Below are positions 1 to 14,652 of a stretch of DNA of 64,000 nucleotides, piece after piece. Position 1 is the first letter of the stretch; the number at the start of each line of letters is the position of its first letter. A program made the position numbers and the translations under genes. Source of the DNA: the human T2T-CHM13v2.0 reference genome, Homo sapiens; assembly GCF_009914755.1 (NCBI RefSeq), contig NC_060930.1. One strand, given 5' to 3'. Under the pieces are notes generated by a model, which made no database searches, was not told where the DNA came from, and saw only the letters and a list, made by a program, of their open reading frames with translations.

Positions 1-690
1 TGATCCAACAATCCCACTGCGGAGTATATATCTGAAGAAAATGAAATCAGTATGTAGAAGGGATATCTGTACTCCCAGGACCATTGTAGTACTATTCATA
101 ATAGCCAAGATATTAATAGAATCAACTTAAGTGTCCAACAATGGATAAATGGATGAAGAAAACGTGGTATATATACACAGTAGAATGCTATTTAACATTA
201 AAAAGAATGAAATTCTGCCATTTGTGACAATATGGATGAAGTTGGAGGATATTATGTTAAGTGAAATAAGCCAGACACAGAAAGACAAATACAGCATGTT
301 CTCCCTCATATAGGGAATCTAAGAATATTAAAGTCATAAATAAAACAGCTCTTACCTTTCCAGAGACCGGGCAAGAGGAGTGGAGGGATGGGGAGAGCAT
401 GGCCAATGTGTACAAAGTTACAAGTACAAAGGAATAATAAGTTCTGTTGTCCTATCGCACATTAGAGTGATTATAGTCAACAAGAGTATGCTGTATATCT
501 CAAAATAACTAGAAGAGAGGATTTTGTATGTTCCCATCATGAAGAAATGACGAATATTTGAGATGATAGATATGCTACTTACACCAATTCAATCGTATCA
601 CAATGTATATATGCATTGAAATATCACATTGATACATATGCATAATTATATGTCCATTTAAAACTGAAATTAAAATAATTAAAAAAGAAA
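1..690 (+). mobile_element. L1 (L1MA-type) ORF2 end and 3' UTR, continuing off the left edge
   Basis: L1 3' motifs (ATCCCACT..GTATATATC, ATAGCCAAGATA, ATGTTAAGTGAAATAAGCCAGACACAGAAAGACAAATA) ending in an A-rich tail near 660-690. Confidence 0.9.
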
Positions 691-3229
691 TCAAACACAT
701 AAAATAGTTTTTTTATTTTAGTAAAATGAAGTATCAAATTAGCATGCGTATTTTAATTAAAAGAATATTACATAACATTAATTTTTTACTAGAATTTTAT
801 GTTCAGATTTCTTATGAGTTTGCATTGTTCTTTTTCTGTACTATGGTTGTCATTCTTTAAAACACATTTTGAAACCAAATGTGACGCCAGAAAATTCAAT
901 TAAAAAGACAAAATTGCTCACATCGGCCCAGAAATGTTATCTTCAATGTCACAAGTCACTCTAACCTCCCCACACCTAGGGATTATGCAGAATCCTGAGG
1001 ATTACTTACAGTATATTTATTTTTATTTCTTCTATCTTTAGAAAGGTAGTGATATTAACATTAATATGCCTCTGGTCTACTTATGGAATTTTGTAAGCAA
1101 AAGACTAAGTCATAAAAATCTAGGGGATAATTATGTCTTGCCAAATGTTATACATATTTCCTCTTTTATAAACATTTGCTATGCATAGAATAAAATCATT
1201 CATATAAAATAATTAAATATAGTCCCTGTGATAAGTGCTGAGATAGGTGAATTGCATGAACATAAATTATGCAGCCTATTAGTAAAGTTTTAAGACCAAT
1301 CTTCTGTTACCAAACAGCTACAAATACACAAACACACATACACATACACACACCTGAAAATACTTATTTTAATGTATTAAAGTAATGAACTCTCACTAAT
1401 GTGTCTTGAGAAGGTTTGTTTTGAAACCTCATACTGATATCTTTCTTTTGTTTTATAATTCTAAGGTATTTCTTTAAAATGTTAATAGTTCTCTTAATTT
1501 TCTGTGAACCACCTTGTCTCTCTTCTGTTAACATTACCTCCTTCTTCCAGAGAGTAGAGATTCCCAGGCTTTAATTGACCTTACATCTCATCTGTGAACA
1601 TTCTAAACTCTGTATTTTCAATAACTTGCCACTGAAAAGTTTCAAAAATACATTTGTCTCTGTTTATTTGGTTGTCTTTTTGTTCTCAACCCATTGCACA
1701 AATAAGTTTCCTTTCATGACATCAATGTGTCCTTCTAATTTGTCCTTTCTTCTCTCCCTAAAAATGTTGTCAATATTTTTTTTTATTTTAAATATAATAC
1801 AAAATTCTTCAAGGTTATCATCTCATCGCCACAATCCTTTTTAATGCCCAATTATAAAAGCCTGAAGCTCCTTATCATTGCTTGAGTATTTAGTAAATTA
1901 TCACAGTCTTCTCTAACAATGACTATAGACATCCCCAGGAAGTGTTAACATGTTCCACAAACGTGTCCTGGCTCACAGTTGCATTCTTAGCTGGCTCTCT
2001 GCTGTCTGGCTGTAGATCTCTGTCCTGCGTGCCCTCCTCTGCAGCATGTCATCTCAACCATCTTGAATCTAGATTTTCTCAAGCTGCAATTGCTCTCTTC
2101 TACAATATTTTGGTTCAAATGTAGGCATACATTCTTTTCTCCATTTTATATGTAGCAAAAGAAAAAAACTTTTAGTTTAATCTTTTTGTTAACAAGACAG
2201 TTAACAAAATCTATCCACAATCTAAAATATTTTAAAATTCTGATGACACTACAGATAAATTTACAGTTATTTACTAGAAGTACTGCTGTCCTATTCCAAA
2301 AATCCAAGCTCTTTACAGGGCCCCACTAATAAGTGCCTGCATGTCTGGTTTCTAACTTGTCTTTGTCTGATCAAGGTCAGGTTTTTGCTTGCTCTCAGTT
2401 TATGACCATCATTCAAACTCATGTACCCGCTAATGGAAGTGACTTGTCCACCTGAAAATGGAAATTATTTCCAGCATGACTCTTCCACTCAGAATCTAGT
2501 TCTCATCTATGTCCTCTAAAGATATCCCTTTTCATACAATGTCAATGTCTGCTATTTCCAGAGGTAACTCTTCTGTCCACTACCTTGAGGTGTCACTTTA
2601 CTTCCATCAATCAATAAGATGATATATCCCTAAAATATGTCCCTAAAAATATACATGTTTTACCTGTCAATTAAAAATACATTTTTAAATAAGAAAATTT
2701 AGGTAATGAACAATGACTAGTTTCATAACCCAGTAGCCACTTATATTGCAGTAAATATTATTTTTTATCTACAAGTTTGAATGCATTTTTAATTATTAAG
2801 CTTCACGGATATGAAAAAAAATAATACAATGAATGGGGAAAGTCAGTCCTCCCCAAAGGTCTGGCTGATTCATTCTTGAATAACACCATACTCAGGGCAT
2901 CAAAGACCAGCAGGGTTTCATTCTTTTTAATGTCTTCTTCCATTCAAATAGAAGGTTGGGTTTGTATGTTAGGGCTATGGCTTTTGTGAAAATGTGTTTG
3001 AAGATATCATTCCTACTAAAATATTTATGAAACATTCAAAAATATTTATGAAGTGCTCATTCTTTGTGAGAACTTTTGCTAATTCTTGGAATTTCACAGT
3101 AAAGAATATTAATAAAGATAATCACCCACAGTCCAACTCAAATACTGATGGTAGCATCTATAAATTGGTGGGCTTATTAGAAGATAATAAGTGGTATGGG
3201 GGACAAGTTGAGGGGAGTGGAGTAGAGTA

Positions 3230-4500
3230 AGGAATATAAGGAGTGCTTGAAAAGCATATAATTTTTAAGAGGATAGTCAGACTAGGCTTCATATGTGAAC
3301 ATGACTTTTGAGGAAGGATTTGAAAGAAGTAAGGGGCTTAACATAGTAGCTGTCTGGAGACAGCATTTCAAGAAATAAGAACAGAAAATGCAAAGACCCT
3401 AAGGTAAGAGCTTGCCTGATATGTCTTAAATATGCAAGCAATTGAATTCAACTGTAACAATGAACGTGAGGGAGAGTACAAGGAAATGAATTTAAAGATG
3501 TAATGGGAGTCACACTGTGTTGGGCTTATCAACATTTTAAGGACTTTGAATTTTATTCTGAGTGAAATAGGAAACCAGATTTTAAGAAGGGGAGGGGCAT
3601 AATCTGAACTACATTTTCTTCATGAATGACTTATTCTGTTGAGACGAGGCTCTAGGAGAATAAGGGTAGAGGCCCTGAGGGGAGCTAGGAAACTCTTGCA
3701 GTAATCTCAACAAGAAATAACAAAGTCTAAAGCCAGAGTAGGAGCAGTGGATGAATATTTCCAACATTGAGACAAATTAGATGTGAATTATGAGAGAATG
3801 AGAGCTCTATGATCACACAAGGTTTTTTGTGTAAGCAATCGGGAAGCATGATTGTCATTATCTGGGAGTTTAGTTTTAGACATAATAATTGTGAATTTTC
3901 CATTAGACGCCAGGGTAGAAGGCCTAGGAAGTTGGATAAATTAATCTGGAGCTTAGAGGAACTGTCTACAGCTATACATATAGTTATTTAGTCTCATGAT
4001 ACTGAACAAGACTATCAAGGAATAATAGGGGCAAAAAAGTAGATTAAAAAATACATATAGTTATTTAATCTCATGACACTGAACAAGACTATCAAGGAAT
4101 AATAGAGACAAAAAAAGTAGGTTTAAAAAAAAAGGACCCAAGAGAATTCTGGAGACTTTAAACATTAAAGGTTTGAAAGAAATGGAAGCCTAAGAGGTAG
4201 ACTGAGGAGAGACCAGGGATGTAGGAATAAAACCAGAAGAGAGGACTGGTGTCTTGAAGTTAAGAGAAGAAAGTTTATCAAGGAGTAAAGATTGATAAAC
4301 TGCATCAATGGTGCTAAGAGATCAACTAATTTGAGTAATGACAAGTTACCACTGGTTTTAGCTGCATGGAGAGGACTTTGTTGACCCTGAGAGCAGTTTC
4401 AGTGAAGTAGTGGAAATATTTTAAGAGAAAATGAAAGGAGATGAATTAGATGCAGGAAGCATAAATATCATTTTTTAGGAGTTTTACTGCAATATGAAGC
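3230..4500 (-). mobile_element. L2 LINE fragments
   Basis: Purine-rich antisense L2 motifs (GCAAAGACCCTAAGGTAAGAGCTTG, AAGGACTTTGAATTTTATTCTGAGTGAAATAGGAA, GAGTTTAGTTTTAGACAT, GAGCAGTTTCAGTGAAGTAGTGG). Confidence 0.8.
3974..4130. repeat. Two-copy tandem duplication, unit about 77 bp
   Basis: ATACATATAGTTATTTA.TCTCATGA.ACTGAACAAGACTATCAAGGAATAATAG starts at both 3974 and 4051. Confidence 0.95.
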
Positions 4501-5849
4501 AAAGAAACAATCGCAGGTATACACTTCCTAAAAACAAAAATAATTCTTAGAGACTGGACAGTTTGTGAGAAACATTTTCCTAAGAGAGACATGCTTTTCA
4601 GAGGTGCAAGCCTGCTGTTAATGAAAACAACCTCTTTAGGTAATTACATAGAACACTTTATCGCCTTGAAGCTACAGCCCCATACTATTTCCATTCCAAA
4701 AGAATATTATTGCATCACACTTTTATAAATAAAGGCCTGTGTGGTTGGTTTAGTGATTTTGGCATAAGAAGTTTAGTTTATCTTAAAGATAAATTCAAAT
4801 TTCTGCTTTTAGGACTCTAAAAACCACTTGAAATGTTTGGATTATTTATTTTTGACAGTCTATGCTCAGTAAAATATTCTGGATATTTGCCAACATTCTG
4901 TCATTACACGGAAAATTTTTTTGGATTTTGTGTCATCTGCTGGTCACCCATCTCACCTTTGTTATCCCTTAGTGTCCAATCTCTAGAAATACAATAAGCG
5001 TACCTACAGTGGAGTCTCACAGATTCAAGGTTTATATTTAGAGTTTGATGGTAAAACACCTAAGGCAGCAAAGCCAGACCGGTGAATAGAACCATGAACT
5101 GAGTCAGTGGCCAAGGCCAAAAAGCAAAGGAGATCATTCAAGAAGTCTATAACCTAACAGGATGAGGAACTGATATGAAAACTAGTGTGAACACTAGGAC
5201 TTCAGGATAAAGATTCTTGAAAGTACACCGGGTGGTTGACTGTCGCTAGAAGAGGGAGTGAAGGAAGATAATGCAGAAAATTGTCTTCAGCTCATGTTAA
5301 TATGTCAGCAACAACATTTATATAGACAAATTGTACTAGAAATAATTTTAGATCCTTCATTTAAAAACTAATTGTTTACCATCTTGCAGACTTTGTGCTA
5401 TGTACTAGATAAAATTGTGAAAAGGCAGACCTAATTATTCAATAAACATTTACTGGGTACCTACTAAGCTTGAGAGAAATATGACTAATAAATTATATGC
5501 TCTAACTTTGAGGAGCTTATATTCCCTTTGATAAGACATAGTTGTAAACAGATAATTTCAATGTTAAATATACAAATACACAAAAACAAAATCAAAAAAA
5601 GGAAATTTTAATCAACAATAATAATTTTTAGGCACATAGGGAAATAATTGACAACCTTAAATATTTTATTTCAAGATTGGCACAAGAAAAAAAAAGTCTA
5701 AACCAGGAAAATAAATATGTTATTTGATAGGATCACAGTAAATAAAAATGGTTACAATTTACATAGTAAATAAAAATGTTACAATAGATATGAAAAGGAA
5801 TGTCTGAAGATATTTAGACCAGTTCATTCTAGCTCTCAGTCCTTACATT

Positions 5850-6393
5850 TGAATATAAGACTGCCCCCAAATTTTCACTAGCCATAAAAATAAAAGACTA
5901 AAACTGCTTACAGAGACAGGCAGGCATACAGAAAACTGCTGAACCAATTATACAATTAGCTAAAGATAATTGCAAAAACAGACACAAATATATAAACAAG
6001 CAAAACCCTGCAGGCAAAACACAAAATAACTTGCTGCAGCCAAAACATTCCTGAATATAATTACTCAATCAGTCCAGCCTTTCTAAGGACTTTGGTCATT
6101 TCTAAGTAACAGTACAATCACTGCCATGGTATTCTTCAAAACAATCATGTAATTTCTCAGTACAAAACACTAGGCAGCTATAATTAGTCATGTGATTCTT
6201 CAAAGATCCAGGAATTCTTCAGACATAAAACAGTGACCAGAAAGCTATTGTACTGCACCTGGCTTCCCTCCTAAAAACCCTCAATACTAAACCACATTCT
6301 GTAGACTTTCAATCTGAGGAGTACTTACTTCCTGATCAAAACCATATATCCTAATTTGTAACTTGGATTGTCTGAAATTTTACAGGACAAACA
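5850..6393 (+). mobile_element. Possible old solo LTR
   Basis: About 540-bp TG...CA block with LTR-like composition; family not recognised. Confidence 0.3.
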
Positions 6394-7039
6394 TTCTTAA
6401 AACGTCCACAACATTTTGATAAACAAGGGTCCTCAAAATTAACTGCCTTTTCTAAATGTCAGCAAAACTCATTGATTCATTAGAGCATCAAAAATGTTAG
6501 AAAACACAGATAATCTCAACAGAAGTTTGTTGTAACTTTTCTTATTCAGGCACAGCTCTCGCTTTACTTGAATGTGTCCTCATGAGGCAAGCACATATTC
6601 ATAGGGTATTCACAACTGTTTAAAAAAAATAACAATTTTTTGACAAATTAATTATTTGTATATATGTAAGTTTCTTTTCAGCTTTTTGGAAGGGGAGATG
6701 CCTATGCAGCAGTTTCAAGATTCTCTCTTGGAAAGAACATTCTGGAAGAAAAGAAGATGGTTAGATAATGATAGGCTGGAGACAAGAAAAAAAAATAAGG
6801 TAAAAGATCCTTGTCAGTTGAGAGTCAGCTGGATGGGTGAGTCATTAATTTCCTATTAGGTCATAACATCATTTAGCTCCACCATAAAATCAAATATTTC
6901 ATCAGAAATGCTAATTTCTTCCAAGAAAGAGGTTTGCAAATTAGATTCTGTTACAAAGTTATATGACAAATGAACTTCAGGATAATTTTTCTTTCACAGT
7001 GGCAAGTGTGTAAGTCTTTCATTTATTGCCTAGTTACTG

Positions 7040-7333
7040 AATCTATACTGTGCTATACATATATTGTGCTATACTGATATATATATATGCTGTGATATAT
7101 ATAATGATATACATGTGATATATATCACTACATATACATATATAGTGCTATACTGTGATATATATACTGTGATATATATATGATATACTGTGATATACAT
7201 ATAGATATAGTGATATACATCATTACATATATATCACTATATATCTATATATATATCACAGTATATATCTATATCACAGTATAGCACAATATATGTATAG
7301 CTCAGTATAGATTTTATATACATATATATATAT
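7040..7333. repeat. Palindromic AT-rich low-complexity repeat
   Basis: TA-rich array; 7040-7076 is the reverse complement of 7277-7313 with one mismatch. Confidence 0.9.
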
Positions 7334-8339
7334 AAAACTAGGAAATGGGAATGCAAGGAAAGTCCAACAGGAAAACAGATGAAGGTGCCAGTTGGAAAAG
7401 ACAGTATCCCATAAATCATCTCAGAATGTCCCATCTAAGCTAAATCCTGGGAGAACAAGCCAGGAAAAGGTTCAAGAAAGGGCAATCCAGATAGTAGAAA
7501 AGTATGACAAATCCCAATGAGCTTAAAAAAAAATGTACTGTAATTGGGAATTAGAAGCCCAATCTGGCTGGAGGGCAGAGCGCTGAGGCTGTATATACAA
7601 ATCAGTAGGGCTTCTTGTGACCCAGTGTTGCCTGCCTAGTCTGGAATTTGAGTGTTGCTAAAAGAAACAGAAAGTCATGGTAGCAGTAGCATTTTAAGCA
7701 ACAGCGTGAAATAATTGGATTTTATTTTTAATTGACTAATCCGAATTTTTCACTGCCTCATTGACCAATATTGATGGCCCTTGGTGGCCTCTTGAGGCAA
7801 GATTTCAAATGCTGACCTTTTCAGAGAAGTTGTGAATTCTTCAAGGGACTCTGCAGAGCTTGTCCACTGCAATATGCAGACACATGAGAGATCCACTTCC
7901 TGTTTAAGTCTTCCATCCCACCTCTCAGACTCCCAAACTCCCATTCTCACTTATACTTCCTAAAGCCCCTTAAACAGTACAACATCTTGTGTGGGACACC
8001 AGCCAACTTGGCTTCGTGGTCCTGGGATCATATCTCCCCCTGCCGCCTTTTTTTCCATGGCAGGAAAATGTCCCTGCAATTCATGTTAGGTCAATAACTC
8101 TTGACTTGAAAACCTTGATAAAGAAGGTGGAGGAAATGATTTTGGTAATGACAGTACTACCAGTGATTCATAAGCTCTTAGCTAAGTAGACTCATTTGCT
8201 GGGCACTCTGTAGCCTGTAATGCCTGTTTTTTTTTTTTGTTTATTTGTTCAGTTGGTTGTTAGTTTGTGGCCCCTGGTTCTAGGCCATTGTGTTTTTACT
8301 AAAGCAACAGTAAATGTTCCTGTTAGATATGCTATTAGC

Positions 8340-9040
8340 ACTGAAAATTTTGTTTTGCCTGTTGCATGAAGAACGGGTTTGAAGATTATGAGGCTAGGAA
8401 TATAGAGTGGTCAATCCAGGGGATGATGGTGGCAACTTTGATCTGGATGGCATGACCAAAGAGTCAGTAATTATTTATGAGCACTTACTGTATGTGCAGT
8501 CTTTTATTAAGCACTTACGATTTGAAAATAAACAGCAGAGATAGAAGACTTGCTCTTCAGGAGTTTGCATTCTAGCTGAGAAAAATGTAACAAAATTAAA
8601 AAACATATATGTTTCTCATAAGGATAACTTCTATGAAGAATATAAAATATGACAGTGGATTAGAAAAAAGAGGATAGATTTGATGTGCATCGTGGAGACC
8701 TAATTTATAGTATTTAATGGTACATTGGCTTGAATGGCAATGGTCAAAAATGACTCCTAGGGTTGGGACCTAAACAATGGTGTAGAGAGTCATGCCCTTT
8801 ATTGAGAAAGGTAAGACATCAGTGAACAATAATCTTTAGGGGAAAGTTCAATTTGGGTTGTATTAAGTGTGAGATTTATGAGACATCTAAATGAAGATGT
8901 CACAGAGGAATCTGAAATAAAAATTTATAACTCAGAGGAGAGTCCTCATCTTGTGTATGGCAAAGCCATGGAAATAGATGTAATCACAGAGAAACAGAAT
9001 GGAGAGAAAGAGGAGAATTTGAATGTTAAAAGGACAGACC
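8340..9040 (-). mobile_element. L2 fragments including a 3' end
   Basis: ATTTATGAGCACTTACTGTATGTGC...TGCTCTTCAGGAGTTTGCATTCTAG and AAGTTCAATTTGGG...GAGACATCTAAATGAAGATGTC. Confidence 0.7.
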
Positions 9041-9884
9041 AGGATTCTCATAAAAGTCCACTAATAATATACCTTGGAAAGAGATATAGAACTCTTTTCC
9101 CTAAACATCATGTTTGACTTTTATTCTTTCTTCAAGTTTACTCTTAGTGCCATTTTTCCCCCCAGGAACTCTTTCTTAATAGATGCCTTGGTAAAGCAGA
9201 ATAAATAAAATATCCCAGGCTGGGATTCTAGAAGTAGAGCTGAAAAAGTGAAAGTGATGGAGCTAACCTGTCGCTATGCAGCAGTAAGCAGAGCAGAACT
9301 TAAATGATTCAGTGATGAGGTCAGCCTATCAGCCACAAATACAAGCTAAACTTTAAATCTTGTTGGACTGGGATGAGATAAAAAATATTAATAGTGAATG
9401 GATTTACAAACAATGATAAAACAAAAAGCAGAGCTGAGAAAGCCAACAAGAGGTGGAGCTGAAAATATGTCCTGAGAGCCAAATATAAAAACTGTGTCAT
9501 TTGGAGGAGTCATTATGCAGGATCCATGGGTATGAAGCTTGCTATTAATAGGGCTGAACCAGTTCATACAAGCAGAAAGAACATAATCAAAGGCATAGGG
9601 GTAAAAATTAGATGGAGTTTTCTGTCCCTTTATCTCATAAGCATTTACTTTGTTGGGTTGTTTCTGGACATACTTCTAGCATCTTTATATCCATACATTA
9701 TATTGCACAGGGAACCAAGAACTTAACAAGAAGTGGGGTAAAAAAGAACAGAAAGATGTGAATGGCATTATATGAGAAGCTTGAACACAAGGAATGCAAC
9801 TATGCACAAATGTAATTTTCTGATGGAAGAAAGATTCCAAGAACCCGTGGATTTCAAGTATATATTATAAGAATGCCTTTGACG

Positions 9885-9920
9885 AAAAAAAAAAGAAAGA
9901 AAGAAAGAAAGAAAAGAAAA
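9885..9920 (+). repeat. A-rich/(GAAA)n simple repeat
   Basis: A run followed by GAAA units. Confidence 0.9.
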
Positions 9921-10253
9921 TCAAAACAGGTCACACTGTTTGGGAGGTAAAGAGAGTGTAAAACAGTTAGTTATTTTGAGGCCAAAAAGAAAACACTGTG
10001 AAATCCAACCAAAATTTCAAAAATATTTTATATAAAAAATGTCTCTTGAGGAGAGTAATATTTATGCAGAACACTTATGTTTTATGGCTTCAGAAATGCA
10101 TGGCTAAGTACAGTTAAACTGTGCCTAATCAGACACTGTCTTAAGGCTGGAAAGAGAGCAAATGTGCTTTGATACAATCGACTGCTTGTTGAACGTCTGT
10201 TCTACTGTTTTGGATGAATGGATTGAATCAATTATTTTCATTTCATCACCAAA

Positions 10254-10984
10254 CAGTTAGAGCATATCGCTTAACCAGCACAATTGGGACCAGTGGTTGG
10301 TCAGTAAAGCAAAAAAATTGGTTAAAATGGGACTTTAAAAAAAAAAAACAGATGATGCAGTCTTAAAGCAGTTCTTACTTCTCTTATCCACACTTAATTC
10401 AACAGTGTTTTTGGGTTTTGGTTTGGTTTGGTTTTTGTTTGTTTGTTTGTTTGCTTAATGGCTTGGTTTTGAGTTTTTCCCAAATCATTAAAACTAATTA
10501 AAATAAACTTTTACTCATACTTACGTTTTATTAGTTTATTTATTTATATCCTAATTACAATAACAAATACTTCTGGAAAAAGCAACTTCATGGCTAAGAG
10601 AAATGTGAGGCTATATGAATCAGCTGCCTGCTAATTACATTGTTGGCAGTGGTTAGTTTTATTTATTTTTATTTATTTATTTATTTTTTGAGACAGGATG
10701 TCACACTGTCTACCAGGTTGGAGTACAGTGGTGCAATCTAACTTTTTTTTTCTTTTTGAGACAGGATGTCACTCTGTCAACTGTGCTAGAGTACAGTGGT
10801 GCAATCTCAGCTCACTTAAGCCACAACCTCCTGGCCTCAAGTGATCCTCCTGCCTCAGCCTCCCTAGTAGCTGGGACTACAGGAGCATGCCACCACACCT
10901 GACTGGTTAGTATATTTGAAATTAGAAAATGAGATTAATCTGGCATGTTGTTTAAATGAAATTTGCTTAAGAGAGGTTCTACTG
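10254..10984. mobile_element. Possible old Tigger-like DNA transposon remnant, interrupted by an Alu
   Basis: Imperfect terminal inverted repeats CAGTTAGAGCATATCGCTTAACC and GCTTAAGAGAGGTTCTACTG. Confidence 0.35.
10658..10904 (-). mobile_element. 5'-truncated old Alu (AluJ-like right arm) with duplicated 3' end
   Basis: TTTTGAGACAGG...CTCAAGTGATCCTCCTGCCTCAGCCTCCC; candidate TSD TGGTTAGT at 10650-10657 and 10904-10911. Confidence 0.9.
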
Positions 10985-13900
10985 CATTTGCATATTCTAA
11001 GCTTAAGCTATGTTCTAGTATATAACAACAGTTGTGAATGGCATAATTGTGCACTTAAATGAACCCTTTCTATATTCCAGACACGTATTAACACCAGTAG
11101 TACGGTCACTGAGGAGCCAAGAGGGTTAAGTGATAGTGGGAGGGAATAAGAATAAGGAAAGTAGTTGAAGAAGTTGAAGATACTGAAAAATCTGCTAGAA
11201 TGCAATAGATGGTTTGGGAAAAGTACATAAATGACAAAGTACATTCAAGAAGTGTAGAATGAAATAAAGTGGCTACTTTCTCGCTCTACTCTGTTCCACA
11301 ATCCCTAACTTTGATCTGTTCTCAAATCCTGTATCTCTTTCTTGCACTGAGCTTCAGGTTCAGGACTAGAATATTGACAAATAAATAAAATTTTCTTCTT
11401 TTATTTTCCTGAGTCCTAGATTATTAGAACCATAGCCATACTCGTGATCAGAATATTCTCATTAGTACAGATTTTTCTTTCATCCAGTGAACATTTATTC
11501 TCTACTTCCTATCTATTAGATAATGTAAATGAAGTCAAGAAAAAAAATACAAGAACAAATGGAGTCTTGAGAAGAGAGAGAGCTGCTTTTTCTTCCTACC
11601 CCTACCCACACAGAATTGTAACAAGTGGCATCTCAGATTTTGTTTCCCAAGGAACCTGTCTAGACTCCCTGTGTAGTGCTGACTGATTGCTTATATACTT
11701 GAACTGTCTGAATTTAGAATTTTGTAAGTGACTCTAAAAACATGCCAAAGTGGCTATATTTTTTAAAGCCACATTTTAAGGTACAGATAAGAGAACACTT
11801 TGGCAAATCATGGGCAGGAGAAGTTGATACTAGCTTTCAAAATAAACATGGTCCTGATCACTTCTTTTTTTTTTTTTTTCCAGATTTTCTGCTCTTGCTT
11901 TATTACAGTCTGACTTCTCCATGTAGTTTTTAGCCCCCTTTGCACTGTATAGGTCTAGCCTCAGAACTGTTTACATGTTCGTTTGTGTGTGTGTGTGTAT
12001 GTGTGTGTGCACTCATTTATAAATGTATTTTTACCCTGACTGATCCAAAGAACCTTACAAAATATGTCTGATTCAAAACAAGGATAAATTTTTAAGGAAA
12101 TCAAAGTGACAAAGAAATAAAGACTAAGGTTAAAAAGACAATACATAGAAATATAGATTATATTTTTTCTTTAGACCTGTTAATGGCTGTGTTGAAATTT
12201 ACCAATAAGCATCGTAGTACCAAAATCAGTGAAGAAACCATAATCAGCTTCAAGACTGATAGTCTAATTACAAAACAAAAATGTGTAGGTAATTTTGGCA
12301 AAGTCCTTACTCTCTTCCCCAAAAGGAAAAGTGAAAAAGACATTCTAACAAGTGTTTCTCAAAAGACAGGAATATTGGGAAGAAGTCTAAGGCTACAAAA
12401 TTAAAGGTCAGTATCAGATCCACCTCAGGTCCAGAGGGAAAGATAGGTGGAGAAAAAGGCATGAACTCATATCGAGTCATTTAGAGATTAGCAATATTAT
12501 CCGCATTTTTTAAAGTGATGAAACAATGGTTGCAGCGTTTCTGAATTAATGCGTCTATTAAATTAGAGTAGCATAATCAGGGTCTGCCTTAAAAGTCCAT
12601 GTTTTTCTCAATATAACATGTTTCCTCTTCATGGAAGGAGACAAACAAGGCAAAGACACTGACTTTTCAATGTTCTCTTATCTAATGAATTATTTATCAC
12701 TCTTCTTTTTCTACTATCATGAAGCTGTCTTTCCTGCAACTCTCACTAAGATGTTTCTTTTGCTTAATAAATTGGTTTTGTAATTAAAAATTAAAATAAA
12801 CTGAAAGACATAAAAATCATTATGTTAAAGGCTATTTTCTCAATTGAAATTTAGTGCCCTTTTGGATGTTGTTTCATGTTTTAATGCTCTGAATTTTAAA
12901 CCAAAGTTTGGTCTTTGGTTGTTGGGATTTATAAACTGCCAAATACTTCCAACGGAAAAATGCATTTCAAAAGCCTAGGGGAAGAAGGGACTCACTTTAC
13001 TTTCTTGACATCAAACAGGCCTTGTAAAACAACACATTGATCAGTTAAATACGAATGAACTAGAATCATATGGATATAATTCTCTTAAATTAAATTTCCT
13101 TTAAAATAGGGATGGAATTAAACATTAAAAAGGAGAAGTTCACAAAGTCAAGCTTTTTTGTCTGACATCTGTCTACATAGCCCTAAACCCTAAAAGAATA
13201 AATCTTAGCACTATTAAATGTATGGCATACTGTCTTATATAATATACAACTAACAGATTATTGTTCATTATATGAATGATGAGAGGATTTTTAGAAAAAA
13301 AATCTCAAAGTAGTCACTTCCCTTTTTCTTCAGACAATTTAATTTTTGTTTTTGTATGTGTGTGCTTCAAGAATTGAGAGTAAGTAGTGGTAAGTCCCAG
13401 AAGAAGGAGTCAGGATAACTGTCTCAGGTTTTTTGTTCCCAAAAGTTCAATGAAAATATAAACTGCAGGTTTGGTTGGCATCAATAAAGTATGGAGGGAA
13501 TGTATTTGGACATCAGGAGAAGGAGAATGCTGTCACCTGGAAGGCAGCTAAAAAGTCACAAAAGATCTCAATGAGGCCAGTGATGCCAATGGGAGCTGCT
13601 GGGAATTGACTCTTTTAAGTGTGATGTACACCAATCTAGATATACAGTGATGACAAACAAAAAGAGCCCAGCAGCTTCACAGTCACCCATGTGGAATCCT
13701 TTACATCCAGCAGTTAAAGTTAGGACTAATTTAAAAGAAAAGAACAGCCAGTTTGCCAAGGGCAATAACAGAAGGAAATGCCTTTAGAGAGGAAAAGGAA
13801 AACGGAGGCAGATGGTGTTTGTGGAAGCAAAACAGTCTCCTCTCTACTATACTTTTAAAAGTATAGCCTATCCTGGAAGTAGAAATTAGAGATTTAAAAT

Positions 13901-14354
13901 GGACCCAACATGACTCTAAAGTTACGGGATTTGAGCATTAATGAAGCCCACTATTTATACTTGTAATATTCTTCTGCAACTTATTTAGTGTGGCATATTT
14001 ATTAATTCAACAAATGATTATTGAACTCTATGCTAGGCACTGTGCTTTATAGAATGTGTGTCTAGATAAGCATTCCTCTACATTAGACCTGAAATATGCA
14101 CTTTTTGTTGTTTAACAATTATTTTGATGGCTTCATGCTGAGCATATTAGATTAAAATCAAATAATCTTTAAAGAACACAAACTCAAATGGAGGTGATTG
14201 TTATAAAAACATATGTATTGGGGTCAAAAGTGTATTCTCTCAACAGTTGTATTCAGAATAGTTCTTACAAATACAGAATGTTTGATACAGGACCTAGATA
14301 CGAGCTTGATATAAAAAATGAGAGGATGATGAATTAGAGGTTGGCAGCAATAAT

Positions 14355-14652
<298 letters not shown>

